DNA from: Dehalococcoidia bacterium
GTDB lineage: Bacteria > Chloroflexota > Dehalococcoidia > Lucifugimonadales > Australimonadaceae
DNA length: 64,000 bases
Reading direction: 5' to 3'
Assembly: GCA_965220205.1 (NCBI GenBank)
Contig: OZ244812.1
Location: forward strand, 2,195,307-2,259,306
The position numbers and the translations under genes are program-made. Each line of letters starts with the position of its first letter. The first letter of the stretch is position 1. The notes beneath the pieces were generated by a model. The model was not told the origin of the DNA and ran no database searches. It was given only the letters and a program-made list of their open reading frames with translations. Of this stretch, positions 21,656-30,435 are shown in pieces.

Positions 21656-22651
21656 ATGTCGACGACGCTTCAGCTCAGCCTCGCGTTCGGCCCGAACCCC
21701 CGGAGTGAGCCGGTCCTCAACGGCGCCGTGCAGGCGGAGGGCATCGAGTTCGCCTGCAGCCGCGTCCCCGCTGGCGAGCTGTTCCACCGACAGCTAACGC
21801 ACCAAGAGTTCGACGTGTCGGAGATGTCGATCTCGACACTACTCATCATCACCGCGCAGGGGAACACGAACTGGGTCGGTCTCCCGATCTTCACGACTCG
21901 CCAGTTCTTCGGGACGATGGCCATCGCCCGGGACGGCGCGGGCATCGACCGGCCCGAGGACATGAAGGGCAAGCGCGTGGGCGTGAACGAGTACCAGCAG
22001 ACTGCGGCGCTGTGGTCGCGGGGCTTCTTCGAGCACGAATACGGCGTCGGCTCCCGCGACGTGGAGTGGTGGATGGAGCGCACGCCCGAATATTCCCACG
22101 GGGGCGCCACGGGCTTCACGCCTCCGGACGGGGTGCGAATGCACTACATCCCCGAGCGCACGAGCATGGGCGAGATGATGATGAAAGGGGAGCTCGACGC
22201 CATCCAGCACTACTTCTGGGGCGGCGGCATCAACCGCAGCACCGTCGATCTGGTCAAGCAGCCCGGGATGCATCGCATCTTCCCCGATCCGCTCGCCGAG
22301 AGCTCCCGCTACTACCAGAAAACGGGCATCTTTCCGTTCAACCACACCGTCATCATGCGCCGCTCCATCTACGAACAGCACCCCTGGGCCGCCCGCAACA
22401 TCCTCGAAGCGTTCGAGAAGGCGAAGCAGCACTCCTATCAGCGCACGAGGGACGGCAACCAGCCCTGGCTGGTCACTGGCCTGCTGCCGCGCGAGTCCGA
22501 GGGCCCGCTGGCGACCGACCTATTCCCGTACGGGCTCTCGGCCAACCGGACGGTGATCGAAGCGGCGATGCAGTACTCGCACGAGCAAGGGCTCACGCCG
22601 CGCGTGCTCACGCCCGAGGAGATCTACGCGCCGACGCTGCTGGACAGCTGA
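21656..22651 (+). CDS. 4,5-dihydroxyphthalate decarboxylase-like protein (periplasmic-binding-protein fold), paralog 1
   Basis: EFDVSEMSIS, GKRVGVNEYQQTAALW, TGIFPFNH, PYGLSANR, YSHEQGL. Confidence 0.8.
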   Translation: MSTTLQLSLAFGPNPRSEPVLNGAVQAEGIEFACSRVPAGELFHRQLTHQEFDVSEMSISTLLIITAQGNTNWVGLPIFTTRQFFGTMAIARDGAGIDRPEDMKGKRVGVNEYQQTAALWSRGFFEHEYGVGSRDVEWWMERTPEYSHGGATGFTPPDGVRMHYIPERTSMGEMMMKGELDAIQHYFWGGGINRSTVDLVKQPGMHRIFPDPLAESSRYYQKTGIFPFNHTVIMRRSIYEQHPWAARNILEAFEKAKQHSYQRTRDGNQPWLVTGLLPRESEGPLATDLFPYGLSANRTVIEAAMQYSHEQGLTPRVLTPEEIYAPTLLDS

Positions 22652-22669
22652 CGTTGCTAGGGCGAGCCG

Positions 22670-23683
22670 CTACTCGGGCTTCGGGGCCCGCGCCATCAGC
22701 TCGAAGACGGCGGCCTGCGGCGACGCGCCGTCGAACAGCACCCGGCTCGTCATCTCCGTAATCGGCATCTCGATCCCGAGTGCGCGCGCCATTTCGAGCG
22801 CTGGGGGCGTCGTCGTCACGCCCTCGGCCACCTCGCCGCCCAGCGACTCGATGGCCTCCGCCAGCGTCCGCCCTTCCGCCAGCGCCACGCCGACGCGGTG
22901 GTTGCGGCTCAGACTGCTGTAGCAGGTCGCAACGAGGTCGCCCAGCCCGGCGTTGCCCGCGAACGTCAACAGCTGAGCGCCCGCCGCGACGCCGAGGCGA
23001 GTAATCTCCGCCAGGCCCCGCGCCGTCAGCGCGGCCTTCGCGTTGTCCCCGAGGCCCATGCCGTCGCAGATGCCCGCCGCGATGGCGATCGGGTTCTTCA
23101 GCGCGCCCGCCATCTCCGTGCCGATTACATCCGTGTTCGTGTACACCCGGAACGTCGACGAGTTCAGCAGGCGTTGCGCCTCCTCGGCCGCATCCCGGTC
23201 CGCGGACGCCACCGCAGTCGACGTCGGCATGCCCTGGACAACCTCGCGCGCCAGGTTGGGGCCCGACAGCACGCAATGGCGCCCGTCGACGCCCAGCTCC
23301 TCGGCGAGCACCGTGCTCATCCGCTTGAGCGTCCCGCTCTCCAGCCCCTTGCAGGCCGACACGACTACGGCGTCCCCCGAGATGTCTGGCGATGCCCGGC
23401 GAGCGTTCTCACGGAGCGTGTTGCTCGGCACGGCGAACAACACCACCAGCGCCCCGGACAGTCCCGCAGCCCAATCGGCGGTCACCCGGAGCGTATCGGG
23501 GAACCGGTGGCCGGGCAGCCGGTCTGCCAGCTCTCGCGCTGACTCCAGCCCGGCGGCCTCGGCGGCGGTGCGGGCGAGCAGACGCACGTCGATCCCTCGG
23601 CGCGCCATGATCAGCCCCAGCGTTACGCCCCACGAGGTCGTGCCCACTACCGTCGCGGGGCCTGGTTGCGCTGAAGAGGTCAT
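22670..23683 (-). CDS. gpsA: NAD(P)H-dependent glycerol-3-phosphate dehydrogenase
   Basis: SWG, KGLE, LSGPNLA, GALKN, GLGDLVATC, SRN, AEG. Confidence 0.95.
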   Translation of the reverse strand: MTSSAQPGPATVVGTTSWGVTLGLIMARRGIDVRLLARTAAEAAGLESARELADRLPGHRFPDTLRVTADWAAGLSGALVVLFAVPSNTLRENARRASPDISGDAVVVSACKGLESGTLKRMSTVLAEELGVDGRHCVLSGPNLAREVVQGMPTSTAVASADRDAAEEAQRLLNSSTFRVYTNTDVIGTEMAGALKNPIAIAAGICDGMGLGDNAKAALTARGLAEITRLGVAAGAQLLTFAGNAGLGDLVATCYSSLSRNHRVGVALAEGRTLAEAIESLGGEVAEGVTTTPPALEMARALGIEMPITEMTSRVLFDGASPQAAVFELMARAPKPE

Positions 23684-23719
23684 GCCGTGATTCTATCGCC
23701 CCCGCCGAGACGCTCAAGG

Positions 23720-24331
23720 CTAGGACCGGCGGGCCTCAACGCTCTCGCTCTCGGATTTCGACCGCAGCGCCTTCACGAGCTGGAAGACCAGCGTCCCGAG
23801 CGCGGCCAAGACCAAGACGTTGCCGACGTCCCACCGAACAGCAGCGTGGTCAGCAGCGTAGCGAAACTCCCCAGGCAAGTAACGATGCCAGCCCGGGCGC
23901 CGGTAGAGGTGCGCCGCCCCCTGACGGTCCCTCCGAGACCTGACTCGCACGCTGCGCGGCAGACGCTCGCCATAGACCGCCAGCAGCCGGTCGCGGAGCT
24001 CGCCTACGGTCTGCCTCGCGAAACCCGCGAGCGCGTCCTCGTCGCCTCGAAACTTGAGCCCGGCAAGCAACAGCAACGGGTCATTCCCGACGAGTCGCTC
24101 GTAGGCCGCGCGTGCGTCTACCATGCGGTCGTCCCGAGGCTCGATCAGGTACCAGTAGCGCCCGGCCTGCGCCGGCTGCTGAAGGGAGTCGTAGACCTCC
24201 GCGAGCCGTTCCCGCAGCAACAGGTCGTCGGGGTGCTCGAAGACGAGCGTGTGCAACCGGTCGCGAGCCTTCCCGAGGTCCCCGCCCGCGACATCGACGC
24301 CCACCCTAGCGAGTATGCTTTCCTTGGACAC
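23720..24331 (-). CDS. Hypothetical protein (DUF6584-like N-terminus, hydrophobic C-terminus)
   Basis: GKARDRLHTLV..P..LAEVY..AGRYWYL; GTG at 24331 after AAGGGG. Confidence 0.5.
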   Translation of the reverse strand: MSKESILARVGVDVAGGDLGKARDRLHTLVFEHPDDLLLRERLAEVYDSLQQPAQAGRYWYLIEPRDDRMVDARAAYERLVGNDPLLLLAGLKFRGDEDALAGFARQTVGELRDRLLAVYGERLPRSVRVRSRRDRQGAAHLYRRPGWHRYLPGEFRYAADHAAVRWDVGNVLVLAALGTLVFQLVKALRSKSESESVEARRS

Positions 24332-24447
24332 TTTCACGCCCCTTACGCTTGACCTCGCCTCGTCCGTATCCAAGCGGCCGGGCCCGACGGTTGTCGGGAG
24401 TCTATCGTGTGAGTGTTGGCGAGCGCCAACCGGCGCAGGAGGCGGCT

Positions 24448-24804
24448 ATGCGGATCACCCGCGTCTACACAGGCGACGACAACCTCTCGCATTTCGAAGA
24501 CGTCGAGTTGGAGTTCGCCCCCAACCTCGGCGGCCGGCTCCCCCGCGCGATGGTCCAGCCCGCGCGCGACGTCGGCTTCAACGCCCAGCCCGCGGGCAGC
24601 GAGGACGTGATGCACAACGCGCCGGAACGCCGGTTCGTCGTCTTCATCTCCGGCCGTGTGAAAGTCGAGCTCTCCGACGACGAAAGCCGCATCGTGGGCG
24701 CGGGAGACGTCGTTCTGTTCGAGGACACGACAGGCGGCGGCCATCTGCTCGCGCCCATCGGCGACGAGCCACGGTATTCGATGTTCGTCGGGTTGGGGAG
24801 CTAA
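24448..24804 (+). CDS. Cupin-fold protein
   Basis: MRITRVYTGDDNLSHFED..HNAPERRF..GDVVLFEDTTGGGH; RBS GGAGG. Confidence 0.8.
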   Translation: MRITRVYTGDDNLSHFEDVELEFAPNLGGRLPRAMVQPARDVGFNAQPAGSEDVMHNAPERRFVVFISGRVKVELSDDESRIVGAGDVVLFEDTTGGGHLLAPIGDEPRYSMFVGLGS

Positions 24805-26543
24805 CGCGGCCGCTCGCCCGCCATACGCTCGGCAACGTCCGCGAGGGGCAGCAGCCCCAGGTCCTCTCCGGAGCGAAGACGGACGGCGGCGCCGTTGGCC
24901 TCTGCCTCCTTGTCGCCCACGATCAGCATGTACGGCGCCTTCTGGAGCTGGGCGTCGCGGATCTTCGCGTTCATGCGCTCGTTGCGGTCGTCGACGTGGA
25001 CGCGGAGGTCCGCGGCCTCCAGCTCGGCGCGGACGCGCTCCGCGTATTCGACGTGACGGTCGGCGATGGGAATAATCTCGGCCTGGACCGGCGCGAGCCA
25101 CGTGGGGAACGCGCCGCCGTAGTGCTCGATCATCACCCCGAGGAACCGTTCGAGACTCCCCAGCATCGCGCGGTGGATCACGACCGGCCGCTGCCGCGCT
25201 CCCTCAGAGTTCACGAACTCGAGGTCGAACCGCTCCGGCAGGTTGTAGTCGAGCTGCACCGTGCTCAGCTGCCACTCGCGGCCGATGGCGTCCGCGACGA
25301 AGAAGTCAATCTTCGGGCCGTAGAAGGCGCCCTCGTTCGGGACCGGTTCGTACTCCATCCCCTGAATGTCGAGCGCGGAGGCCAGGGCGCCCTCCGCCGC
25401 GTCCCATAGCTCGTCGCTGCCGATCCGCCTCTCCGGCCGCAGCGACAGCGCGACGCGCACGTCCTCGAACCCGAAGACGTCGTAGGTCTCCCGCACCATC
25501 GCGATGAACTTGACGATCTCGCTCTCCACCTGCCACGGGGCGCAGAAGATGTGCGCGTCGTCCTGGGAGAACGTCCGGACGCGGGTCAGGCCGTGGGTGA
25601 CGCCGGAACGCTCGAACCGGTGCAGCCGGCCGAAGTCCGCGTAGCGCACCGGCAGGTCGCGGTAGGAGTGGAGCTGGGCGGCGTAGAGCATCGCGGCGGC
25701 GGGGCAGTTCATGGGCTTCACCCCGAACTCGCGGTCGTCCACGTAGGTGAAGTACATGTACTCCTTGTAGTTGTCGTAGTGGCCGGAGCGCTTCCACAGC
25801 TCCGAGTCGAACACTTGCGGCGTGATGACCTCCTGGTAGCCGTAGCGCTGGTAGAGGCCGCGCACGTAGCTCACGAGGGTGTTGTTGAGGACGGCCCCCT
25901 TGGGCAGGAAGAACGGGCTGGCCGGCGCGATCGGGTCGAAGAAGAAGAGGCCGAGCTCCTGACCGAGCTTGCGGTGGTCGCGTTTCGCGGCTTCTTCCAG
26001 CCGCTCGATATGCGCGATCAGAGCATCCTCCGACTCCCAGGCGGTGCCATAGATGCGCTGGAGCATCTCGTTGCGCTCGTCGCCGCGCCAGTAGGCGCCC
26101 GCGACGTTCATCAGCTTGAAGGCCGCGACCTCCCCGGCGGAATCGACGTGCGGCCCCCGGCAGAGGTCGGCGAACGCCGCGTGGGCGTAGGTCGTCACCG
26201 CCTCGTCCTCCGGAATATCGTCGATGATCTCGAGCTTGAACGGTTGGCCGGCGAATCGCTCCTTCGCGGCGGCGCGGGGCAACTCAGTCCGCTCGAAGCG
26301 GGCGCCGCTTGCGATCGTCTCCCGCATGCGGTCCTCGATGCGCCCAAGGTCCTCCGGGGTGAAGGGCCGGCCCACCGAGAAGTCGTAGTAGAAGCCGTCG
26401 TCGGTGGGCGGGCCGACGGCGAACTTAGCTTCGGGAAAGAGGTCGAGCACCGCCTCGGCCATGATGTGGGCAGCCGAGTGCCGGATGCGGAAGCGCAGCT
26501 CGTCCAACTGCTGTTGCTCTGGCGACATCTGTTTCACTGGCAT
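24801..26543 (-). CDS. thrS: Threonine--tRNA ligase (short N-terminus, no TGS domain)
   Basis: RHSAAH, GFYYDF, DLCRGPH, RDHRKLG, KPMNCP, AFYGPKID, IHRA. Confidence 0.99.
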   Translation of the reverse strand: MPVKQMSPEQQQLDELRFRIRHSAAHIMAEAVLDLFPEAKFAVGPPTDDGFYYDFSVGRPFTPEDLGRIEDRMRETIASGARFERTELPRAAAKERFAGQPFKLEIIDDIPEDEAVTTYAHAAFADLCRGPHVDSAGEVAAFKLMNVAGAYWRGDERNEMLQRIYGTAWESEDALIAHIERLEEAAKRDHRKLGQELGLFFFDPIAPASPFFLPKGAVLNNTLVSYVRGLYQRYGYQEVITPQVFDSELWKRSGHYDNYKEYMYFTYVDDREFGVKPMNCPAAAMLYAAQLHSYRDLPVRYADFGRLHRFERSGVTHGLTRVRTFSQDDAHIFCAPWQVESEIVKFIAMVRETYDVFGFEDVRVALSLRPERRIGSDELWDAAEGALASALDIQGMEYEPVPNEGAFYGPKIDFFVADAIGREWQLSTVQLDYNLPERFDLEFVNSEGARQRPVVIHRAMLGSLERFLGVMIEHYGGAFPTWLAPVQAEIIPIADRHVEYAERVRAELEAADLRVHVDDRNERMNAKIRDAQLQKAPYMLIVGDKEAEANGAAVRLRSGEDLGLLPLADVAERMAGERPR

Positions 26544-26605
26544 GGGATTGTCCTCGCGGTATGGCGATTATGTGCCGGACACGTGATCGAACGGGATAGC
26601 TAGTC

Positions 26606-26633
26606 ACAAGAAAGGGGCGCCAGGCGCCCCTTC
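26606..26633 (-). terminator. Intrinsic terminator in the thrS leader
   Basis: Minus strand GAAGGGGCGCCTGGCGCCCCTTTCTTGT: GC stem followed by a U-rich tail, between the leader ORF and thrS. Confidence 0.8.
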
Positions 26634-26661
26634 AGAATCGTTCGGAGATTACGTCAGCGCC

Positions 26662-26769
26662 TCAGGCGGGTGCGGCCACGGCTGCCGTCTCCGGGACGCG
26701 CAAAGCCGCGGCCTGCGTAGTGGGGCCGGTCGTCGTGCGTGTCGCGGTCGTGTGCATCGCTGCGCTCAT
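26662..26769 (-). CDS. Thr-rich leader peptide (putative thrS attenuator)
   Basis: MSAAMHTTATRTTTGPTTQAAALRVPETAAVAAPA*; 8 Thr in residues 7-18; extended -10 TGATAGAAT just upstream. Confidence 0.8.
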   Translation of the reverse strand: MSAAMHTTATRTTTGPTTQAAALRVPETAAVAAPA

Positions 26770-26870
26770 CGTTCGCCCATTCTATCACGCCCGGCCGGCA
26801 CTCGCCCAGCCGCCGTGTCCCGCCCGCGGCAGTTTGCTAGAATGGCGCCAGCGCACGGAGGCGATCAGCC

Positions 26871-28001
26871 ATGAAGGCCGTCTACAAGGAAGCCGCGAAC
26901 CTGGCCAGGAACGGCGACGCGTTCGTCCTCGCGACCGTCGTGGGCACGGCGGGATCGACGCCGCAGAAGCCCGGCGCGACGCTGCTGGTGCGCGGCGACG
27001 GCTCGACCGTCGGCACCCTGGGCGGCGGTTGCGTCGAGGGCGACATCTGGTTCGCCGCCAAGGAGGCGCTGCGGGAGCACACCGGCCCGCTCTTCAAGCG
27101 CTACTACCTGAACGAGGACATCGCCGCCCGGGACGGTCTCGTGTGCGGCGGCACGATGTACTTCTACATCGACCCCGTCGAGCGTTCGGACGAGTTCGTG
27201 GACCTCGGCGGCGAGATCGACGCCGCCTACGAGGGAGGCCCGCCCCTGGCGGTCGCGACCGTGGTCAAGTCCGCGCGGCTGCCAATCGGCGCGCGTCTCG
27301 TGGTTCGCAGCGACGGTTCGACTGCCGGCACGCTCGGCGGCGCGGCCGTCGACGCGCGCGCCGCCGCGGCCGCGGCCGAGGTCATGCCGATGGGCAAGAG
27401 CTCGAGCATCAAGACCGACGACGGCGACGAGGTGTTCGTGGCCGGCTACACGTCGCCCGCGACGGTGGTGCTGGTCGGCGGGGGGCACGTCAATCTGCAG
27501 GTGGCGAAGGTCGCGCAGCTCCTCGGGTTCCGCGTGATGGTCACCGACGACCGCCCCGAGTTCGCCAACCGCGAGCGGTTCCCCATGGCCGAGGAGTTCT
27601 GCGTGGCGCCCTACGACCGCGGCCTGAGCGCGTTCGACGTTACGCCGAACACTGCCATCGTCGTGGGCTCCCGCGGCCACCACTTCGACGACCTGGCGCT
27701 CGACGCCGCAGTCCGCACCTCCGCCTCGTACGTAGGGCTGCTTGGCAGCAAGCGCAAGACAATCCTGATTTATGAGGCGCTCCTCAGGCGGGGCGTGACC
27801 CCCGAGCGGCTCAAGGCAGTCCGCTCGCCGGTCGGCCTCGACCTGGGCGGACGCTCGCCCGAGGAGATCGCGGTCAGCATCATGGCGGAGATCGTCGCGT
27901 TCCGGCACGGCAAGGACGGCGGTCCCATGAAGCTGGACGAAGCGCAGGTGGACCGCGTGGCCGCGAAGGTTGAGGCGCCGACGGCTGCCGCGGGCCGATA
28001 G
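26871..28001 (+). CDS. XdhC/CoxI family molybdoenzyme maturation factor
   Basis: GSTPQKPGA, GTLGGGCVE, CGG, VGGGHV, DDRPEFA, YVGLLGSKRK, PEEIAVSI. Confidence 0.92.
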   Translation: MKAVYKEAANLARNGDAFVLATVVGTAGSTPQKPGATLLVRGDGSTVGTLGGGCVEGDIWFAAKEALREHTGPLFKRYYLNEDIAARDGLVCGGTMYFYIDPVERSDEFVDLGGEIDAAYEGGPPLAVATVVKSARLPIGARLVVRSDGSTAGTLGGAAVDARAAAAAAEVMPMGKSSSIKTDDGDEVFVAGYTSPATVVLVGGGHVNLQVAKVAQLLGFRVMVTDDRPEFANRERFPMAEEFCVAPYDRGLSAFDVTPNTAIVVGSRGHHFDDLALDAAVRTSASYVGLLGSKRKTILIYEALLRRGVTPERLKAVRSPVGLDLGGRSPEEIAVSIMAEIVAFRHGKDGGPMKLDEAQVDRVAAKVEAPTAAAGR

Positions 28002-28063
28002 GCGCGCGACGCCCACGTGCTTGCCCTGAGCCCATTGAAGGGCGGCCAGGCGTCCGTCGATCG

Positions 28064-28756
28064 ATGCCGACCGAGTCCGCAACTATGACCACCGACCCTC
28101 CCCACCACCCCATCGCCGCCGCGGTGCTGCTCGCCGGAGGCGAGTCGACGCGGATGCGCGAGAGCATGCGCGGCGCCGACGGCGGCGAGATTGCGTCCAA
28201 GGCGCTGCTGCCGTGGACCGGCGGCGAGCCGCTGATCGCGTACCAGGTCCGTGCGCTCGACGAGGCTGGCTATGCGCCCATCGTCGTCGTCACCGGTCAC
28301 GAGGCGAGCGTCGTCGCCGGCGCGCTCCCCGGCGGTCTGGCGTTGCGCACCGTGGTCAACGAGCGCTACACGGAGGGACGCTGCTCGTCGATCATCGCGG
28401 GCGTGCGCGAGGCCGCGAGCCTGGGGCCGGACGCCCTCCTCGTCGTGTCAGTCGATCAGCCCCGCGCCGCCGCGACCTACCGTATGCTGAGGGAGGCGTG
28501 GGAACGCGACCGGCCCGCCGTCGCAGTGCCGGCCCTCGACGGCCGCGCGGGGCACCCGCCGTTGTTCGACGCGGCGCTCGTGCCCGACCTGTTGCGCGTG
28601 ACAGAGGAGACCGAGGGGCTGCGGCAGGTGATGCGGGACCACATCGGCGGGCGGGTCCTCGTGCCGACGGACGACCCGCTGACGCTGCTGAACCTGAATA
28701 CGCGCGACGAGTACGAGGCGGCGTTGCGCGTCGCCGGCGGACCGAGGGCAGCGTGA
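28064..28756 (+). CDS. MocA/MobA-like nucleotidyltransferase
   Basis: LLAGGESTRM, KALLP, VDQP, GHPPLF, NLNT; next to xdhC. Confidence 0.88.
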   Translation: MPTESATMTTDPPHHPIAAAVLLAGGESTRMRESMRGADGGEIASKALLPWTGGEPLIAYQVRALDEAGYAPIVVVTGHEASVVAGALPGGLALRTVVNERYTEGRCSSIIAGVREAASLGPDALLVVSVDQPRAAATYRMLREAWERDRPAVAVPALDGRAGHPPLFDAALVPDLLRVTEETEGLRQVMRDHIGGRVLVPTDDPLTLLNLNTRDEYEAALRVAGGPRAA

Positions 28757-28780
28757 CTGCCTCGAAAGTCCAGTCCGCGC

Positions 28781-28836
28781 CCCCTCCGTCATCCTCGTGC
28801 TTGACACGGGGACCCACGCCCCCGAGCCCGGCGAAG
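28781..28836. repeat. REP-like repeat module, identical 56-bp copy at 31719-31774
   Basis: CCCCTCCGTCATCCTCGTGCTTGACACGGGGACCCACGCCCCCGAGCCCGGCGAAG at both sites. Confidence 0.9.
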
Positions 28837-28942
28837 CCTGTCCTGAGCCCGCCGAGGGGGCGCGCTCCGCCCCCATTCTGGTCGGTTATGGTGCGGGCGT
28901 AGCCCCACATGAGAAAGGTTCTGCCGAACGCAGCGAGGAGAC

Positions 28943-29917
28943 GTGATGGCTGACATCGAGCTCACGATGACGATGACCCCCTGGGACCGCGTCCAGCCGT
29001 TGATTACCGGCGAGGTCAAGCCCGAGGGTATTCGGCTCCGCTTCACGGAGCTGCCGCTGAGCGAGATATGGCGGCGGCAGCTGGAGGACGAGGAGTTCGA
29101 CCTCTCGGAGATCTCGTTCTCATACGCGCTCAAGGGCATCCCCGCCGGGTGGGGCTACCGGCTGCTCCCTGTGTTCCACAACCGGACGTTCTCGTACGTC
29201 GGCACCGTCGTGCGGGTGGGTTCGGGCATCCGGCCCAACCATCCCGAGGACCTCGTGGGCAAGCGAGTCGGCGTGACCGACTATCAGCAGACGGCGTCGC
29301 TCTGGACGCTCGGCATTCTGCGGCACGAGTTCGGGGTGGACCCTGCGAGCGTCGAGTGGTTCCAGGGCCGCGGCGACCCCGTCATCCCGGGCACGAGCGC
29401 GTTCGCTCCTCCTCCGGGCGTCACGATCCATCCGCCGCCCAACGACCTCGCCGAGATGATGGTCCGCGGCGAGCTCGACGCGCTCTGCACCGTCCACGCG
29501 CCCGCCCAGGGCCCGCTCGCCGACCGCGCGGCGTTTCACCTGCTGTTCCCGGACGGCCCCGGCGAGGCGGCGCGCTACTTCGCGAAGACGGGCGTCTTCC
29601 CCACGCACCACGCGACCGCGTTGCGCGAGAGCATCGCGCGCGAGCATCCCTGGGCCGCCGCGAGCCTGTTTGACGCCTTCACGGAGGCCCAGCGCATCGT
29701 CACCGAACGCACCCACCGTCAGCCGCCGTCGGCGATCGTCTTCGCGCGGGAGACGCTCGACGAGCAGCATGCGGTGTTCGGAGACAACCCGTACGCCTAC
29801 GGCGTCGAAACGAACGCGGCGGCGGTTGACGCGGTCCAGACGTTCGCGGTCGAGCTGGGGACCGTCAAGCGCAAGTTGCCGTTCGCAGAGCTCTACGCTC
29901 CGGGCGTCGAGGTCTGA
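28943..29917 (+). CDS. 4,5-dihydroxyphthalate decarboxylase-like protein, paralog 2
   Basis: WDRVQPLITGEV, EFDLSEISFS, GKRVGVTDYQQTA, TGVFPTHH. Confidence 0.8.
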   Translation: MMADIELTMTMTPWDRVQPLITGEVKPEGIRLRFTELPLSEIWRRQLEDEEFDLSEISFSYALKGIPAGWGYRLLPVFHNRTFSYVGTVVRVGSGIRPNHPEDLVGKRVGVTDYQQTASLWTLGILRHEFGVDPASVEWFQGRGDPVIPGTSAFAPPPGVTIHPPPNDLAEMMVRGELDALCTVHAPAQGPLADRAAFHLLFPDGPGEAARYFAKTGVFPTHHATALRESIAREHPWAAASLFDAFTEAQRIVTERTHRQPPSAIVFARETLDEQHAVFGDNPYAYGVETNAAAVDAVQTFAVELGTVKRKLPFAELYAPGVEV

Positions 29918-29922
29918 GGCAG

Positions 29923-30435
29923 ATGCATACGCGCACCGGCGATTGGCGCATCCGGGAGTGGCGAGGCGACGACGCCCCGGCGTTGGCCCGGTATCTCGGC
30001 GACGCCAGCGTGTCGATGAACTTGGCGGCGCGACATCCGCGGCCCTACACCGAGGAGCACGCCAGGGCGTGGATATCTCTCTGCGCGATGGAGGCCGACC
30101 CGGTGGACTTCGCCATCGCGAGCGACGAGGAGGCGGTCGGCGGGCTCAGCCTGAGCTTGCAGCGGGGCGTCCGCAGCAAGGCCGCGGAGATAGGCTATTG
30201 GGTCGGCGAACCGTACTGGGGACGGGGCATCGCGACGCTGGCGGTGCGTTCGTTCGTCGAGTACGCGTTCGAGCGCTTCGGGCTGCTGCGCGTCTCGGCA
30301 AGCGTGTTCGCGGACAACCCGAGATCGGTCCGCGTGCTCGAGAAGTCGGGGTTCGTCTACGAGGGACGCCTGCGCAAGAGCGTGGTCAAGGACGGCCGCG
30401 TGCTGGACGAGCTCGTCTACGCCCTCGTCCGCTAA
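29923..30435 (+). CDS. GNAT N-acetyltransferase (RimJ/RimL type)
   Basis: AEIGYWVGEPYWGRGIAT, NPRSVRVLEKSGF. Confidence 0.92.
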   Translation: MHTRTGDWRIREWRGDDAPALARYLGDASVSMNLAARHPRPYTEEHARAWISLCAMEADPVDFAIASDEEAVGGLSLSLQRGVRSKAAEIGYWVGEPYWGRGIATLAVRSFVEYAFERFGLLRVSASVFADNPRSVRVLEKSGFVYEGRLRKSVVKDGRVLDELVYALVR

